Made by a program: the position numbers and the translations under genes
Part shown: in pieces, positions 48,690 through 62,360 of the stretch
Layout of the letters: each line of letters begins with the position of its first letter
How positions within the stretch are numbered: position 1 is the first letter of the stretch
The notes under the pieces: generated by a model
The model's input: only the letters and a program-made list of their open reading frames with translations
Told to the model about the DNA's origin: nothing
Databases searched by the model: none
Source of the DNA: Hydrolagus affinis
Lineage: Eukaryota
Reading direction: 5' to 3'
Length of the DNA stretch: 64,000 nucleotides
NCBI GenBank assembly: GCA_012026655.1
Contig: JAAILG010001437.1
Span: 1 to 64,000 of the forward strand

Positions 48690-49440
48690 CAGTGCCCCAG
48701 TTCAGAGATTTATTCCCTGTTACCAGCGTCAGTGAGTGGTTCCACACTGTTTTGAGTGGTTGTGAGTTCTATCAAATAAAAGTATTTTATCTTTATGATC
48801 ATCAGAGATTACACACTCGCTCTTTGTGAACTATTCCATAAAAATGTTTCAAATTCCACCTCGCCGTATATGAAAAGACCCTAATATATATCTTAACGCA
48901 CATCTGTCATTACTTCCCGGGCTCAACTGATGGTATGTGTTTAATAAGCCTCCGTAAACGTACTTCAGAAACCACACTTTTTATTAGGATTGTCGAGCAA
49001 ACGTGTTCGCCCGTATAGAGAGCTGTACAGACATCGCAGGCAGGCCTGAAAGGTAATTGCAATCTGATATGTGGAGCAATCACTTTCTGCCGTTACATTA
49101 AATGCAGCATTTGGCAGCAGTGCTGATTTGCCAGATTTATGGTGATGTTCACAACACTGCGCTCGAACAGACTGGAGTTTTATACACAATTTAATTAGAG
49201 TGTGTTTATGTTGTGGATTTTCAAACAATATGATTATGGTAGCTAAACAGCAATTTAATATAACATCAGACAAAAATAACTTGGCAGCTTTGAGCCGCCT
49301 GCCCGCCCGCCCGCCCGCTCGCTCGCCTGATGTTACTGAAAAACACGGAGCAGGTCTGCTTTTCCGTAGTTTCCCAGCTTGAGATGGGACTTGTTCAGTG
49401 TGTGTAAAATCAGGAAGGGGAACGATAAGGGAGAATCAAA
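48690..49440. promoter_or_regulatory. Candidate conserved non-coding element / enhancer
   Basis: ~750 bp free of recognisable repeats, CpG retained, homeobox and Pbx-Hox-like motifs, (CCCG)n tract; conservation not verifiable here. Confidence 0.45.
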
Positions 49441-49829
49441 CTCATTCACGATTTTATACTTCTAAAAAAAAGTAGGGATTTTTATTATTTTTAGATCTGT
49501 TGGTTTATTTGTCTATACGTTGTGCCCAGTTGTTATGGACTTTGCCAACAGGTGGAAATAGATTGTTCAGCGCATCCATCCATACATTAGGGCGAAGGTT
49601 GAGACTCCAATGCAATGCTGAGAGAAGTGCTACATTGTAGCTCCATTCTTCAGACAAGACAGTAAACCGAGCTCCTCTCCTCTCCCCTGTGTGTCTACTT
49701 AGGTGGACGTTAAAGGTCCCATAGCACTGTTGGAAAAGAGAAGTGAGGTTCTTCTAGTGTCCTTAGTTTGCCCATCCAATCTCATCCTTCCTGCCTACTG
49801 ACCCCTTGTCATGCTTGCTGCTCTCCTCA

Positions 49830-50010
49830 GCGCTGCCCCCTTACATCTGGTGACCAGAACTGTACGCAGTACTCGAGGTATGGCCTGATGGGAGCTATAT
49901 ATCCAGAGTATCTAACCTTATCTGATTTAAGGATATAGCCCAGCATGCTATTTATTGCTGTCTCATGCTATTGTGCCATAGTGAGCAATGAGTCAACTCA
50001 GAAAGATGAC
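49830..50010 (-). mobile_element. CR1 ORF2 fragment
   Basis: Reverse translation YIAPIRPYLEYCVQFWSP, a CR1 hallmark motif. Confidence 0.8.
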
Positions 50011-50511
50011 TCTTTCAGTTTCCCCCTTGAAAGGTTCAGACCAACAATCTCTCAGATAAAATTTGTCATTAGCATCTTGGCTTGTCTGTGAGTCGTGTGC
50101 AAGTCGGTGCTGAGTTTGCCTACAAATATTGATAACAATTCTCTGTGAGCACTTTGAGATGTGTTTTGCTCGCGACAAGTTGCTGTCCAATTTTTTTTTC
50201 CTTTTTTGTTACCGATATTGATTTGAGGCTTGTGTTTCAGGGAATATTTGAATGAAGAGTCATCCTGACTCCATCCTGATTATGAATGAATCATTCATAC
50301 ACTGGGCTATCAAATCTGACGTCTGAAATATCGCCTCAAATATGCTGGTCAGACAATTTGGGCTGCATTTTTAATGCTTTGCATGGGGGTGGGAATTTGG
50401 TTTTTCTAAAACTACTTGTAATTTTACAGCAATTTCTCCCATTGCTGATCAGTGACAAAATTAAAGGTGAATGAACCTTTCTTGTGACCCCGCATGTATG
50501 AGGAGGTTGAA

Positions 50512-51200
50512 TAACAATAATAACAAAATTACACTAGTATAGCTCCCTTCACATCAGGAGGATGTCCCAAGACCGTCACTGTTTCAGACCCGAGCTGGGA
50601 TCGAGGATGGGTAGGGTGGAGGGAAAAGGGGGGGATTTGGGGTGACCGATTGGTCTGTGGAAGAGGAGGGTCTTGAGGCGGGACTTGAAGGAGGCCAGGG
50701 AGGGGCCAACGTGAAGGGACTGCAGGATGGAGTTCCAGAGGTTGAAGGCAGAGTGGCTGAAGACTCGCCCGCTAATGATGGGGCGGGTGGGTCGGGGAAT
50801 GTGGAGCAGACCAGAGCCTGCTCTGAGCGGAGAGGGCAGGCAGGTTGGCAGGGGTTGAGGAGGCCCAGAGGTAGGGTGAGGTGAGACTGTGGAAGGCTAT
50901 GAATGTGAGGATCAGGAGTTTGAATTGAATCCTCCGGGTGATGGGGAGCCAATGGATTCGGGCGCGGATGGGAGAGTTGTGGTCAGGAAGCTTGGAGCGG
51001 TAGAGGATAACTTGTACTTATATAGCGCTCTCCATGCAAGATAGTGTCTCAGAGCAGAACCTGATTCCAAACCAGGGTGGGGGGAGGTGCCTGTAAGCAC
51101 AGAGGGATTGAGGGAGAGTGCTTCAGAGTTTTGGTGCAGAATGGCTGAAAGCGCGACCTTGATGGTGGGGTTGAGTGTGAGAGGGGTGAGTAGGAGACCA
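50512..51200 (-). mobile_element. L2 3' ends (50512-51000 and ~51010-51200)
   Basis: Reverse L2 terminus gggtcttgaggcgggacttgaaggagg...ggatggagttccagag and upstream HWLP...IQFKLLIL motif. Confidence 0.9.
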
Positions 51201-51964
51201 GTGCCAGTCTCTACTCTTATTGAGAACAGCCTCTGTTTATCCCAATTTGCCAAGGGAAGGGTTTGGGGACAGAGCAGGGTAATGGGGTCAGTGCAGAGAG
51301 ACAGGCAAATCGCTGTATGGGGAGGCCTCTCTGTGTGCTAAACGTCTTATAAATCTATAATTCGGAGACACTTTGCAGTTTCCAGATTGGGGCAGTGTAC
51401 AATCGTTCACTGCACAACAGGGTAACATTGAGGTCAATTCATTTCAATCAGTTTCCAATCAACATCCCGTTACCTCAGAATACGTCTCCTGGCTTCCAGT
51501 AACCTACCAATATTGATCCTTTTAATGCAAGTGTGACAATCTTGATCCAGTGCCTTTCACTTGGGGAGATGGGGCCATGATAAGATTCAACAATAGTACA
51601 AGGACTTTCTTTAGTTTCATTGTGTAAAGTGCAGAGACGGAGGCATGTACAAACATTTAGACAAAAATAGAGAGTCAGGGACAGACACAAACATTAACAC
51701 TCACACGCACGAATAATAATCCTTGCATTTGGTAGAGTGCCTTTCAGGTTGGTTGGGAGGATTTTACAGGATAAACAGTTCAGTGTTTTGGGCAAACTCA
51801 ACTGCCAAGTTTGTGCACAGTGATATCCCACAAACCTTTTAATTATTATTAGAGATTCTTGACCAAGTCAGCATGAGAAACCCCTTTTCTCTGCCTGTGG
51901 CAAGTTTTCTATCGAATGGATTATCTGTGGGCGCTAGTCGTAATGCCTCTATTTAATAATAAAT

Positions 51965-52360
51965 AAATATTAATAATTTGGTCACTCAATCCACTTATGG
52001 GACACTGCTGTGCCCAATTGGCTGCCGCATTTCACCCAAATATATACAGTTACTGCACTTTACAGTACATTCTGTGAAGTGCTTTGAGACTCTAGAAGAA
52101 CATGAAAAATGCTGTATCAAATGCAAGGATTGCCATTATCATTTTCTTTTTTAATGTAATGCCACCTAAACAGGCAGTAGGTACCTTGGTTTAATGTCTT
52201 AACCAAAGTAAGGTACCTCACCTAACTCTGATAATGCAACACAGTTCAGTACTGCATTGTAGTGCCATCTTAGACTAGGTGATTCCAAGTCCCAATGTGG
52301 GGTTTGGACCCACAACTTTCTGACTCAGAGGTTAAGAGTACCCCTGAGCCAAACTGACAC
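51965..52360. mobile_element. SINE 3' tail (+) abutting a Deu-domain SINE 5' half (-)
   Basis: Tail to ~52140; reverse core and head ~52160-52360. Confidence 0.75.
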
Positions 52361-54079
52361 ACACATACACAGATACGCACATACAAATACATAGACACAT
52401 AGAGTTGACAAATGCACAAACACATAGATACAGAGATGCAAACCTACTCAGAGACTACAACATCCAGTCATGTAGAGATAGACAATGAGACAAAACACTC
52501 TGATACATAGAGTTAGACATAGAAAAAACACAAATACACAGACACACAAACTATATAGAGATAGACATACTGCACATACTGATTCTCAAAATTAACTGCG
52601 TGATATTGTTTACTATTCTCATGCTGGCAGCCCAGTGCACTGGTAGAGTGTTAGAGTATGTGGAGTGGGGTGGGGTTGGACTGGGTGGAGTGGGTGAGGG
52701 TTGGGAGAAATGCTCACTAATTTTCCAACGGAGCACATTCCTGATGTGTTCTGTGTGGTCCATGGCCACTGCAGCGTGGACACTGGGATGGCTGTCACAC
52801 AGGAGGGATCAGCAGGTGAACGTCCTGTGGCCAGGCTCCTCAGTAAGCAGCAGTGGCAGGAAAGAGCCCGAGGGCAGCTGACGCCTGGGTGGGAACTTGA
52901 ACCCAAGAACCTTGCGCACAGCAAGGTCCCCCAAAACAGCCATAAGGTGAACGACCAATTAATCTGGAGGATTGTCGGCCTGGACACCGGGGGGAGAAAA
53001 AACACACACTGATTTTTTTTCAATAAAGTAAGTACCTCATACATTCTTCAAATCCCCAGAGTCAGCATAGGATTTCAGCTCCAGACAGCTTCCTCTCTAA
53101 GTGAGTGAGAGTCTTTGTGGGGAAAAAAGCAAGCTTTTCTCAAGGCAGGAGTGTGACATCAAGGAGGAAAAGATCAGAGGAAGCGTCTTTGAAGGAGAAG
53201 AATATAAGATGGAATTTGATGTCTGGAGTTGCTAAATTGGGTGAAATATGCCCTTCTGCCAAGCAGTGTTGCCTCGGGCTGTGATTTAAGGATGCCTACT
53301 CTCCAACTTTCTCTCTCTCTCTCTCTCCCTGGAATTCTTTGAAATACAGTGAGGGAGGAGGGGTGGAAAGGAAAAAATCATTTTGGGTCAAATAATGCTA
53401 TGGTTGTGAGCTTTGTGGCTGTGTTGGAGGCAGAGACAGCGCGGTAGCTGCGTGCACAACCTTGACTGTCCAGCACTTTGGCATGTCTTCCTGACTTGAA
53501 AGGTGCTCTACAACCACGTAATTTTGTTGTTGGTGTCGTAGCTTGTCTGCCATGGGACACGGGAGAGGGGGGAAGGGTTAGAGTGCTTGAGAAGGATAGT
53601 GAGAGAGAACTGAGCAGCAGCCACAAGAAACTGGAGAGCAAGAAGTTGGCCCCAAGGGAGTTATACATATGAACGTGAGCAATATATGGATACAAGGACA
53701 GAGCTAATCCCCACATACTCCTACAGGGAGAGAGATGAGAGTATACAGAGTACACAGAGGCACATACACACATTTATAGAGGAATTCAGTCAGAGATATT
53801 CATATACTGATTCAGACAGAGACACTGATGGAGACAGAGACACGTATACTTGGATGCAGAGAGGACGATACTCATACACTTGGTTACAGAGACAGAGAAA
53901 AAAACACACAGATGATGACAGATAGAGAGAGAGAGAGACATGCTGCACAAACAAAATACTATACATAGATACAATAAAGACATAGAGAGTCAATATACAC
54001 CACTATCTTATCCAGCATTCCGCCCTCGTCCAAATTCACAAAAGTCTAGTGTGGAGCGGTATCCCGTGTTGTGTGATGT

Positions 54080-54315
54080 GGGCCTTCAGCCCAACCTCTG
54101 CACCTCCATCCCACAGTCCCTCCACCTCACCCTCTTCCTGGCCGCCTTCAAGTCCCGCCTCAAGACCCACCTCTTTGACGGTCCAATCGGTCACCCCAAA
54201 TCCCCCTCTTTCTCTGCACCCTCCCCATCCCTGACCCCAGCTCGGATCTGAAACAGTGACTGTCCAGCGCCTTGGGTCATCCTCCTGACATGAAAGGATC
54301 TATAAAAGTGTAATT

Positions 54316-54347
<32 letters not shown>

Positions 54348-54357
54348 GGTGGTGGTG
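54080..54357 (+). mobile_element. L2 3' end with (GTT)n(GGT)n tail
   Basis: SIPQSLHLTLFLAAFKSRLKTHLF terminus. Confidence 0.9.
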
Positions 54358-55649
54358 TGGTTTCTTGTATGGTTGGTGTGGGGCGGTGTCCCATGTGATG
54401 TGGTGTCCATTGCGTGATGTGGAGTCATGGCCTGGGTTGTGTGTTGCTGTGACATGATTCACCATTTCCTGCTCCTGAGTTCAAGCACCAGAGTCGCTGT
54501 GGTACCTATTGACGAGAATTGTCTATTCCCACTTGAAGAGCATTCGTCTCAGGAGATAGTCATATTCAGAGCTATTCAGTTCCCAACTTGTAAACCCAGA
54601 ACCAAGACATTATTTTTGTAGTTCAGTATTACTTTCCAAGCTTCGCGCTTCCCTTCCTTGTCAGTTCTGTGTGGCGTGATATGCTGCTCTGATCTCTCAT
54701 TTCCTGTGGCACTCCATGGTGTGGAGATCCCTCTATTATGTTGTGGTAATGGTAAGATGCTGTCTTCCTGTCAATAAGATTGTGAGCAGGGCATTAAAAT
54801 GAGAAAGTCGGAAGAACTTTTCCTACCTATGTTTCGCCTATAACATACTCAGTCAATCCTCTTTACAGTATATTCTGTGAAGCGCTTTGAAACATCTCAA
54901 AGATGTGGTAAGGTGCTATATCAATACAAAGGATTATTATTATTACATTTGCATACAGATTGTCTTGTCGAGAGTGGAGGAGCAAAAATCTACATGAGAA
55001 AATGGTCCAAATGGCCTCCTACTGTGCCGTCCATTTTCATGGTTCTAGGTACAATCAGGTAAAAATACTACAAGTAATAGTAATAATCCTTGCATTTGAG
55101 GTAATTGCTGTGTGTAAATTGGCTGTCCCATTCACCTACGAAACACAGTTACTACACTTTGCATTATATCCTGTGAAGAGCTTTGAGATGTCCTCCCAAA
55201 ATGAAAGGCGCTGTACAAAATGCAAGGATTATGTAAGGATTATGATAAAGGCCACATCATTGTCATGCTTTAGTTCTGGAGTGTTGACAACACATTTGCA
55301 TAAATCCATTTATATCTTTTGAGTGAATCCTGTGAGGAATCAGAACTAAATTTGCACTGTGTCACGCACTGTCCCTGTGTTTCACAGTATAGTAGGCTCA
55401 CATGCTCTTTAATGTACGTCAATCTTAAAGCTTGCACATTGCAGGGTCTCAGGAAGGGATTTCACCCACAAAATGTACAATCAATTCATTTTACAGTATA
55501 TTCTGTGAAGTGCTTTGAGATGTCTTGAAGACGTGATAAGGCACTATATCAAATGCAAGTATTATTATTATTTCTCAGCCATTTCACTGGGCAACAGGTC
55601 TGCAATACAATAAAGGGAATGAGAAAAGTAAACAGAGAATAATTCTTCC

Positions 55650-55770
55650 CTCTTCTAGGGGAATCCAAAGGGACATCATCATGATATCAGGCTTAACCTC
55701 CTGAAAATGAAGGTTTCTTCACACAGAGGATTGCAGAATGTGGAATGCACTGCTCTAAGAAAACCAGCAT
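55650..55770 (+). mobile_element. CR1 fragment
   Basis: ttcttcacacagaggattgcagaatgtggaatgcactgc. Confidence 0.6.
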
Positions 55771-55849
55771 TGACAAATTGATTGCTGTGGGTTCGAGAAA
55801 GAGATAGAGATATAGATAGATGGGGATTGACAGCATTGACTCACCCTAT

Positions 55850-56185
55850 CTCTGTGACCAACTGCAATCACGCTACCACTCGGCGAAGCTTACTTCCTGT
55901 CCCCATCCCACCCACACCGGTTACAGAGCTTTCAACCATTCTAATCATCCTGCCTGGGATTTCATCTTGAGAGTCCCTCCCCCTTGCCTCCCACCTCCTC
56001 AGCTTTAAAGCCCACTTTAAGGCCTTTCTTTTTGATCATATTAACCCTCCCCACCAACCCACCCACCTACCCACCCAACCTTCTTCAGCTCCTCCCAAAC
56101 CTCTCAGCTCCGCGAGCTCAGGGGCTCCCATTCAGCTCTGTGAAGCACTTTGACATATCCTCCTGATGTACAAGGCACTATAATT
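55850..56185 (+). mobile_element. Diverged L2 3' end
   Basis: ctttaaagcccactttaaggcctttctttttgat terminus and tail remnant. Confidence 0.65.
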
Positions 56186-56886
56186 TGACAGGTGATCTCT
56201 TGCGATACCTGGTCAGTTTGAGCTCTGTCCTGTGTGACATGGAGGGAAAGCTGTGCTCTCTACTCTCCACGCTACTCATCTGCACCTTCACAGAGCTCAA
56301 CTAAGCAGTAATAGCCAGTCCACTGATGATAGAGGAGGGGACCCATGGAAGTGATCCTGTAAGTGTTAACGTTAGCAATCTTCAGCTTTAAAAGCTGATC
56401 ACAAATTGACGAACAAGGCAAAATAAAGTGCATCCAGTCCACACCAGTGTTTAAATCTCACCTGAACCTCCATACATACTAATCTTGGGTCCAACAACTC
56501 TGTTCCTTTCTACCTCATTGTAGGATACAAAGGCATTTTGTGGGTAACAAGTCCACAGAGAACTGTGAAAGAACAATTTATCTGGGGGATAGTTCACCAG
56601 GACACTTGCAGAGAGAAACCCCATTCTTTTTTCCAATAGTACCTTAGGACCTTTTATTATCCATTTGCAGAAAAAAGCAGACAGCGTGTGTATTTAACAC
56701 CTCATCTGAAAAATGGCACCTCTAACAATACAGTGTTCATCCAGCACTGCAATGTCTGTCAACACTATAAACTTAAATCCCAATATAACTCAACTTCTAA
56801 CCCTCTGCACAATGAGAACATGTGTAGCATTCTCGCCTCTGAATCACAAGCCTCACATTGGGACTCTGAGCTCATATAATCTTGCC

Positions 56887-57079
56887 CAGGGTGTTCCAAA
56901 TGGGCCAAATCCAACCTGGTTCCCCCTTCAATCCATTTCATCTGGCCCACCCCTCCCCCCTCCATAACCCGTAAATGTTATGTTTCTGGTAATGAAACAC
57001 AAAAATATTGTTTATGTGTGGCCCGCGGACATTTCTCAGATAGGGCACCTGGCCCTCAGCAGCCAACGGGAGCTCGCTG
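56887..57079. mobile_element. Possible non-autonomous hAT-Charlie element (MER30-like)
   Basis: cagggtgttccaa start, gggccaaatcc and ttatgtgtggcccgcggac...tggccctc subterminal motifs; right TIR degraded. Confidence 0.45.
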
Positions 57080-58062
57080 TAAGCTGATACTTTGTTGCTG
57101 GGGCAGAACTGCATTGTTGGAGGTTCCGTCTTTTGGATGAGAAGTTAAACTCAAGCCCTGTCTACCTGTTAAAATCCCTGCTGCATTCGTCTACAAAATA
57201 CCCAATCACTTTACAGCAAATCGTGTGAAGAGTTGAAACATTTTGACGGTGTGATAAGGTACGGTATCAAGTGATAGGATTGTTAAGGATTGATAGGATT
57301 GTTAAATTTGCATTAACATTTGTGACAGGGTTTCATTCAAATAAATGTTTTAATGAGGGTTTTTTTTTGTACTGCAAAAAGAACAATTTTCTGATTGGCT
57401 TTTGATTTGCAGTTTTCCAATCAATTGTCTGATTTGCTATCAGAGTATTTGTGTCCAAGACAAACTTACTTCACCGTCATGTGGTCAAAAATAAGCGCGT
57501 GTTTCCTGGTTCCCGGAATTTAGATGTATGTTAGTGTTGTTAGCGTAAGCACCCACAGGATAGAAATAGCTTTTTAGCAGATGCTCAGGGTCAGGACAAA
57601 GCAGTGCTGAGCCCATCAGTTTGAGTTATGGTGTTATTAACCAGCCAACATTTAAGGATGCTGGAATGCTGGCAACCTGTAACAGGGCCAAATGTTCTAA
57701 GCAAATGGCACTCCGACCGTGTGGTGTAACCACCTTTACTGGGCTGCACCTGTTTGTGGGATGTCACTGCCGAGGATTAGCTGATGTGTCTATCCACGTA
57801 ATAACATTCACATCATTTCCAATTAATCTCATTCAGTAAAGGGCTTTGAGATGCTTATTTTACATGAAAGGCATTGTGTCCGCTGGCCTCACTCAGTTGG
57901 CAACAATTTTGCTTCTCATTCAGAAGGTTCTCATTCCACCACCCGCTCCACGTCTCCAACACTCCTATGTCCACCTCTCACTTGCTCAGTGATCAATCCA
58001 GTCCCGGTAAAGTGCTCCAAGATGTTACCCTATAGGAGGGGCAGGGTTAAATCATTGTTATA

Positions 58063-58370
58063 AACTACAACCACAAAATTACATTTGTATAGCGCCTTTC
58101 ACATGGAGGAAAGGGAGTGTGGGGGATGGTGAGGAGTGACCAATGGCACTGTCGAAGAGGAGGGTCTTGAGGGTCTTGGGAGTTGAAGAAAGCTAGGGAG
58201 GGGGTGAGGTGGAGGGATTACAGGATGGAATTCCAGAGGTTGGGGGCAGAGAGACTGAAGGCTCACCCATCGATGGTGGGGCAGGTGGGTCGAGGGACAC
58301 GGAGCAGGCCACTGCGAGGAGGGAGTGGGAAGGATGGTAGGGGGTTAGCAGGTTGCAGAGGTAGGGTAGG
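58063..58370 (-). mobile_element. L2 3' end
   Basis: Reverse tail acaaccacaaaattacatttgtatagcgcctttcac and ggatggaattccagag. Confidence 0.85.
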
Positions 58371-58389
58371 GCAAACAATGTTGAGTGCA

Positions 58390-58635
58390 CATTAAAAATC
58401 CCATGGCACTATTCAATAGGAGAAGGGAGTTACTCCTGAAGTCCTGGCCGACAATCTGGCCTGGATCCAAATTTTAAAAACTGGTCGTTCACTTTGCGGC
58501 CCTTTGGGGGACATAGCTGTACATTAATTGGCTTCCACATTCGCCTGCAAAAACACAATAAATCCTCTGAAGAACTTTTGAGACATTTCAACAACATGAT
58601 AAGGAGCTATATTAAATACAAGGATCATTATTTAT
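58390..58635 (+). mobile_element. Deu-domain SINE 3' half
   Basis: cattaaaaatcccatggcactattc...gtcctggccgacaat and tail. Confidence 0.8.
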
Positions 58636-59189
58636 AGGTTCTCACAACTGATGCCTAAATGTCAGACCCTACCACTGTGAAGAGCTCCAGTATGCTACCA
58701 CGCCTGAAGGGAGTTATATAAATGCAAGTTGTTGTTGTGTTGAAGCACCCTTGGTTCTCAATCCTCCAGTGAAAATGGACACCCTGTTCATAGCGAGTTG
58801 TGGAGAATTTGCTGATGCAAATGGTAACTACATTTATCTCCAAAGAGAGCCACTGTAGTTGTCAGGAATTAAATTTGAAGGGCCTTTTGACGTAATGAAA
58901 ATGGAAATTCTTTCTTTCCCTCCTTGTATAGCCCTGTTGAAGAGTGTGTGCTTTGTGCCAACTGAATCGCTGAAGTACCTGGGTTGAGCACACTTTCCAT
59001 TGATGTCGTAATTTTCATTGAATGAAGTACTCTGATAACCAGCCGGTAAGAGCTTCTCTGAGGGATTGCCGCTGGGAGAAGGAGTCTGAGTGGATCTCGG
59101 AATCACAGTTTGTCTCACACAACACATCACCGCACGCCTGGTACTTCTATGCTGGAGGCAAAAATCTGACCTTTCTGAGAAAAGGTGAT

Positions 59190-59420
59190 GGCTTGGCACA
59201 GTGGTAGCACGCTCATCTTTCAGTCAGAAGGTTGTGAGTTCGAGTCCAACATAAGGAGCTGAATTCACAGACTAATCTGACATTCTAACTCAGTCCTGGG
59301 GGTGGGTTGCTTTGTCAGAGGTGCCATCTTTCGGCTGTTTGAGGGACTTTGAGATGTTTTGATGATATGCTAAGGTGCTAGATCAAATAGACGTGCCTGT
59401 GACTAGGATTATTTTATTAT
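59190..59420 (+). mobile_element. Deu-domain SINE, internally deleted
   Basis: ggcttggcacagtggtagc head, ttcgagtcc B box, tail. Confidence 0.75.
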
Positions 59421-60133
59421 TAAAACTCTGGTTAAGTGAAGTATTTCTCCCCCAATCTGCCCTCTCTCCTTGTAAACAGCTAATTTAGCTGAGCGGAGGA
59501 AAGCAAAACTTTCCCGTGCGCAATTGTGCTGCTGTGGTGGCCTACAAATACACAGTTAATCCAATTTACAGTATGTTCTATGAAGCACTTTGAAATGTCC
59601 TTCTGACCCGAGAAAGCGCTACACCAAATGCAGGGATTATTATTACTCTTGTATCCAATCTGGTTCCTAGCACACGAACTAGGAATAAAAATTAACATAA
59701 TAATTTTGGGAATTAAAAAAAATTAATAAAAATGAACGCAAAAATGTGCTTGTTGCCTTCTTTTCTACACTCTTTGTAATACCTCCCCAAATCCCTCTGC
59801 ACTATACCATCCGTGTCTGCTTATAAAACTCTCTGTAATTCCTGTCTATTGGACTGTGCCTCTGTTCATCTTAGTTTATCTACCCCACCACCCTCCCATC
59901 ATCTGGATTTCAAATAACCAACTCGTGACTATCCTCCTTGTAGGAGAGTAAGCAAGGAGTCTCCAAGGTGACAAACTCGGCAACCCAATGTCAGAATCGA
60001 GCCAGTCCTCTGTGGCAGTGTCTAGTCCAGTTGCTGAGCCAGACAGGACTGCAGTATTCTAGGTCACTGCTGATCACAGCACAGCCAGTCTGGCTTATCG
60101 GAAGGACCCAGAAGGGCAGACCAGTCACTGGGG

Positions 60134-60340
60134 GCAGGGAATCATCCTACTCAGCTCCTGCTATTAACCCAGCAAGCCAAAGCCCTTGGGCCTAGCTCGA
60201 CAAGTAGAAGGAAAGTTTGTCAGACAGCAATACCAATAGCAAGCTACGCAGTTTTAGCTGGTTAGAATTCACTACTACACCAATGCACACTCTTGAGTCC
60301 TGAAGCCTTGGCTCTTGCCAACCTGCGCCTAATACTTAGT
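60134..60340 (+). repeat. Unclassified interspersed repeat, copy C (may extend 5' to ~59965)
   Basis: agctcctgctattaacccagcaagccaaagccct...aagctacgcagttttagctggttaga aligns with copies A and B. Confidence 0.7.
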
Positions 60341-61284
60341 ACAGTATACAAGTATTTGAAAAGAGAAGTGAGTTTCTCTCCTGGTGTCCTGGCCAACAAT
60401 CCCCCAAATAAAATTGGTCTATCGCATTCTCCTACAAATACAGTCACTACACAGTTTGAAATGTTTTGATGGTATAATAAGATGCTGGATCAAATAGACC
60501 AGGCCGTAACAAGGATTATTATGACAACTTGTATCTCTGGTTAAGAGGAATATTCCTTCACCATTCCTCCCTCCCTCTCTCTCTCTCTCCCCAGTAATGA
60601 GTTAAGTTAGGTGAGCAGAGGGAGCCAAATCTTGCTCATGCAAAGCGACGACGCACGCTCTATGAATCCTGGAAAGTTGAGCTGTCACAGAGGCAACCCA
60701 AGGCTGTTTGTCACTGCAGCTCTGACGAATGGTGTAGATTCCCTCAGGAGGCCTGAGCACCTCTGGCTCTGAGGCCGTGTATGTGGGAGTCAAGTTACTC
60801 GGGTCAGAATGACTAGGTTTTTGAGGTCAGTTTAGATCGATGACTGCTAACTTAATCTGCTTGGTAAAGGTTCCAGTTCTCAGGAATATCACGCTGTCTT
60901 CCCTAATTATTAAAAAAAACGACATATAAATAGATACCTTGTGTAACGGGCACTGTTAAATAATGATTCCCATTGTACGGCCTGAAGGACACACAGTGTT
61001 ATTTCAATACTCTCAGGAACTAGGCTGTAACAAGTTATTGTTCATTGCTAGCCTGAACCTTGATCTTTGTAATCGTTCAGGAGAAGCTGCCGGGGTGATA
61101 TATCATAAGTTATGTTTTTTTTCTTTCTTCTCTTCCTCCCCTTCCTGTCTGGCACTGACACCTAGTAAGTAAATGTCACTTTCTTGCCTTGTTCTCTGTT
61201 TTCCAGATTACTCTGCGAGTGTTTTTACCAAGAAATAACCTCCTAATAGTTTCATCATCGCCCCTTGCACCCTGCTCCGCCACA

Positions 61285-61680
61285 TATGGCACACACAGTC
61301 ACATGCATGAACCACACAAACACACAGTACACACACCAAAAACACAAAGCACAAAACACATATACATACTGCACACAAACACACACAGCAGACATATACA
61401 ACACATACACTCTCTACTTTACAAAATATTCTGTGAAACGCTTTGAGACGTCAAACGCACAAAACACACTGTAAGTACAAACCCCGTATACACACTCACT
61501 CACACATTGCACACAGACACCATAGATAAGTACATACACAAAGGCTGTATATCCACACTGCACACAGACATCGCATGAACACATATTCCACAAATGCATA
61601 CAATTGCATACACAGACACGAGTGAAATGCATGGAACACATGGAGACACACATAGCAAATGCTTCCAGACAGACACAGCA
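61285..61680. repeat. AC-rich low complexity with an embedded SINE tail fragment
   Basis: Direct inspection. Confidence 0.8.
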
Positions 61681-62179
61681 CTTTGCATTTGATATCACAT
61701 CCTCAAAACTCTTCACAGGATATACTGTAAAGTGCAGTGACTGTATTTTGTGGGTGAATACTGCTACTACTTGTGGTCAGCAATGTCCCACAAACAACCA
61801 TGAAATGAATGACCGATTTTATCTGGGGAATTGTTTGCCCAAATATAGCACATACACAGAGTTGCTTCCAGCCTGAGTTTCTGACTCTATCCAGGTGTGG
61901 AGGGGTTGGGAGGGTGGGGTGGGAGAACTCACATTGCCATGGGTTCCTCTAGGAAGGTTAATGCCCACAGACCCAGCTTTGCCATAGATGGCTGTAGTGG
62001 ATTGGTATCTGCTACAACATCATCATTGAAATCAATATAATATTCAACGAAACCAGCTAAATGCCGCAACTTGGTGGAAATCACGAAGTGCGGAGAAATC
62101 TGTTGTAACTTAACAGTGAACATCAGGGTAACATGTAACACGGTTTCAATGAGAGGGTCACCAAACTCAACTCTATCTC

Positions 62180-62360
62180 ACAGTCTCTCCTTCACTTTCT
62201 CACCCTCGCCGTTCTTCCCTCTCACTCTAGCTCTCTTTCTCACTTTCTTTCTCTCTCTCTTCCTTTATTTTGCTCTTTCTCTCTTTCCCTCGCTTTCTTT
62301 CTCACTCCCCTTTGTTCTTCTCTCTTTCTCTCTCTCTCTCCCTCTCTCCCCTCGCCTTGC
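62180..62360. repeat. CT-rich low complexity
   Basis: Direct inspection. Confidence 0.85.

Noticed and set aside
56215-56302. 11-bp inverted repeat TTGAGCTCTGT / ACAGAGCTCAA
   Set aside because: Chance-level length, irregular inner pairing, and partly explained by similarity to the adjacent L2 tail.
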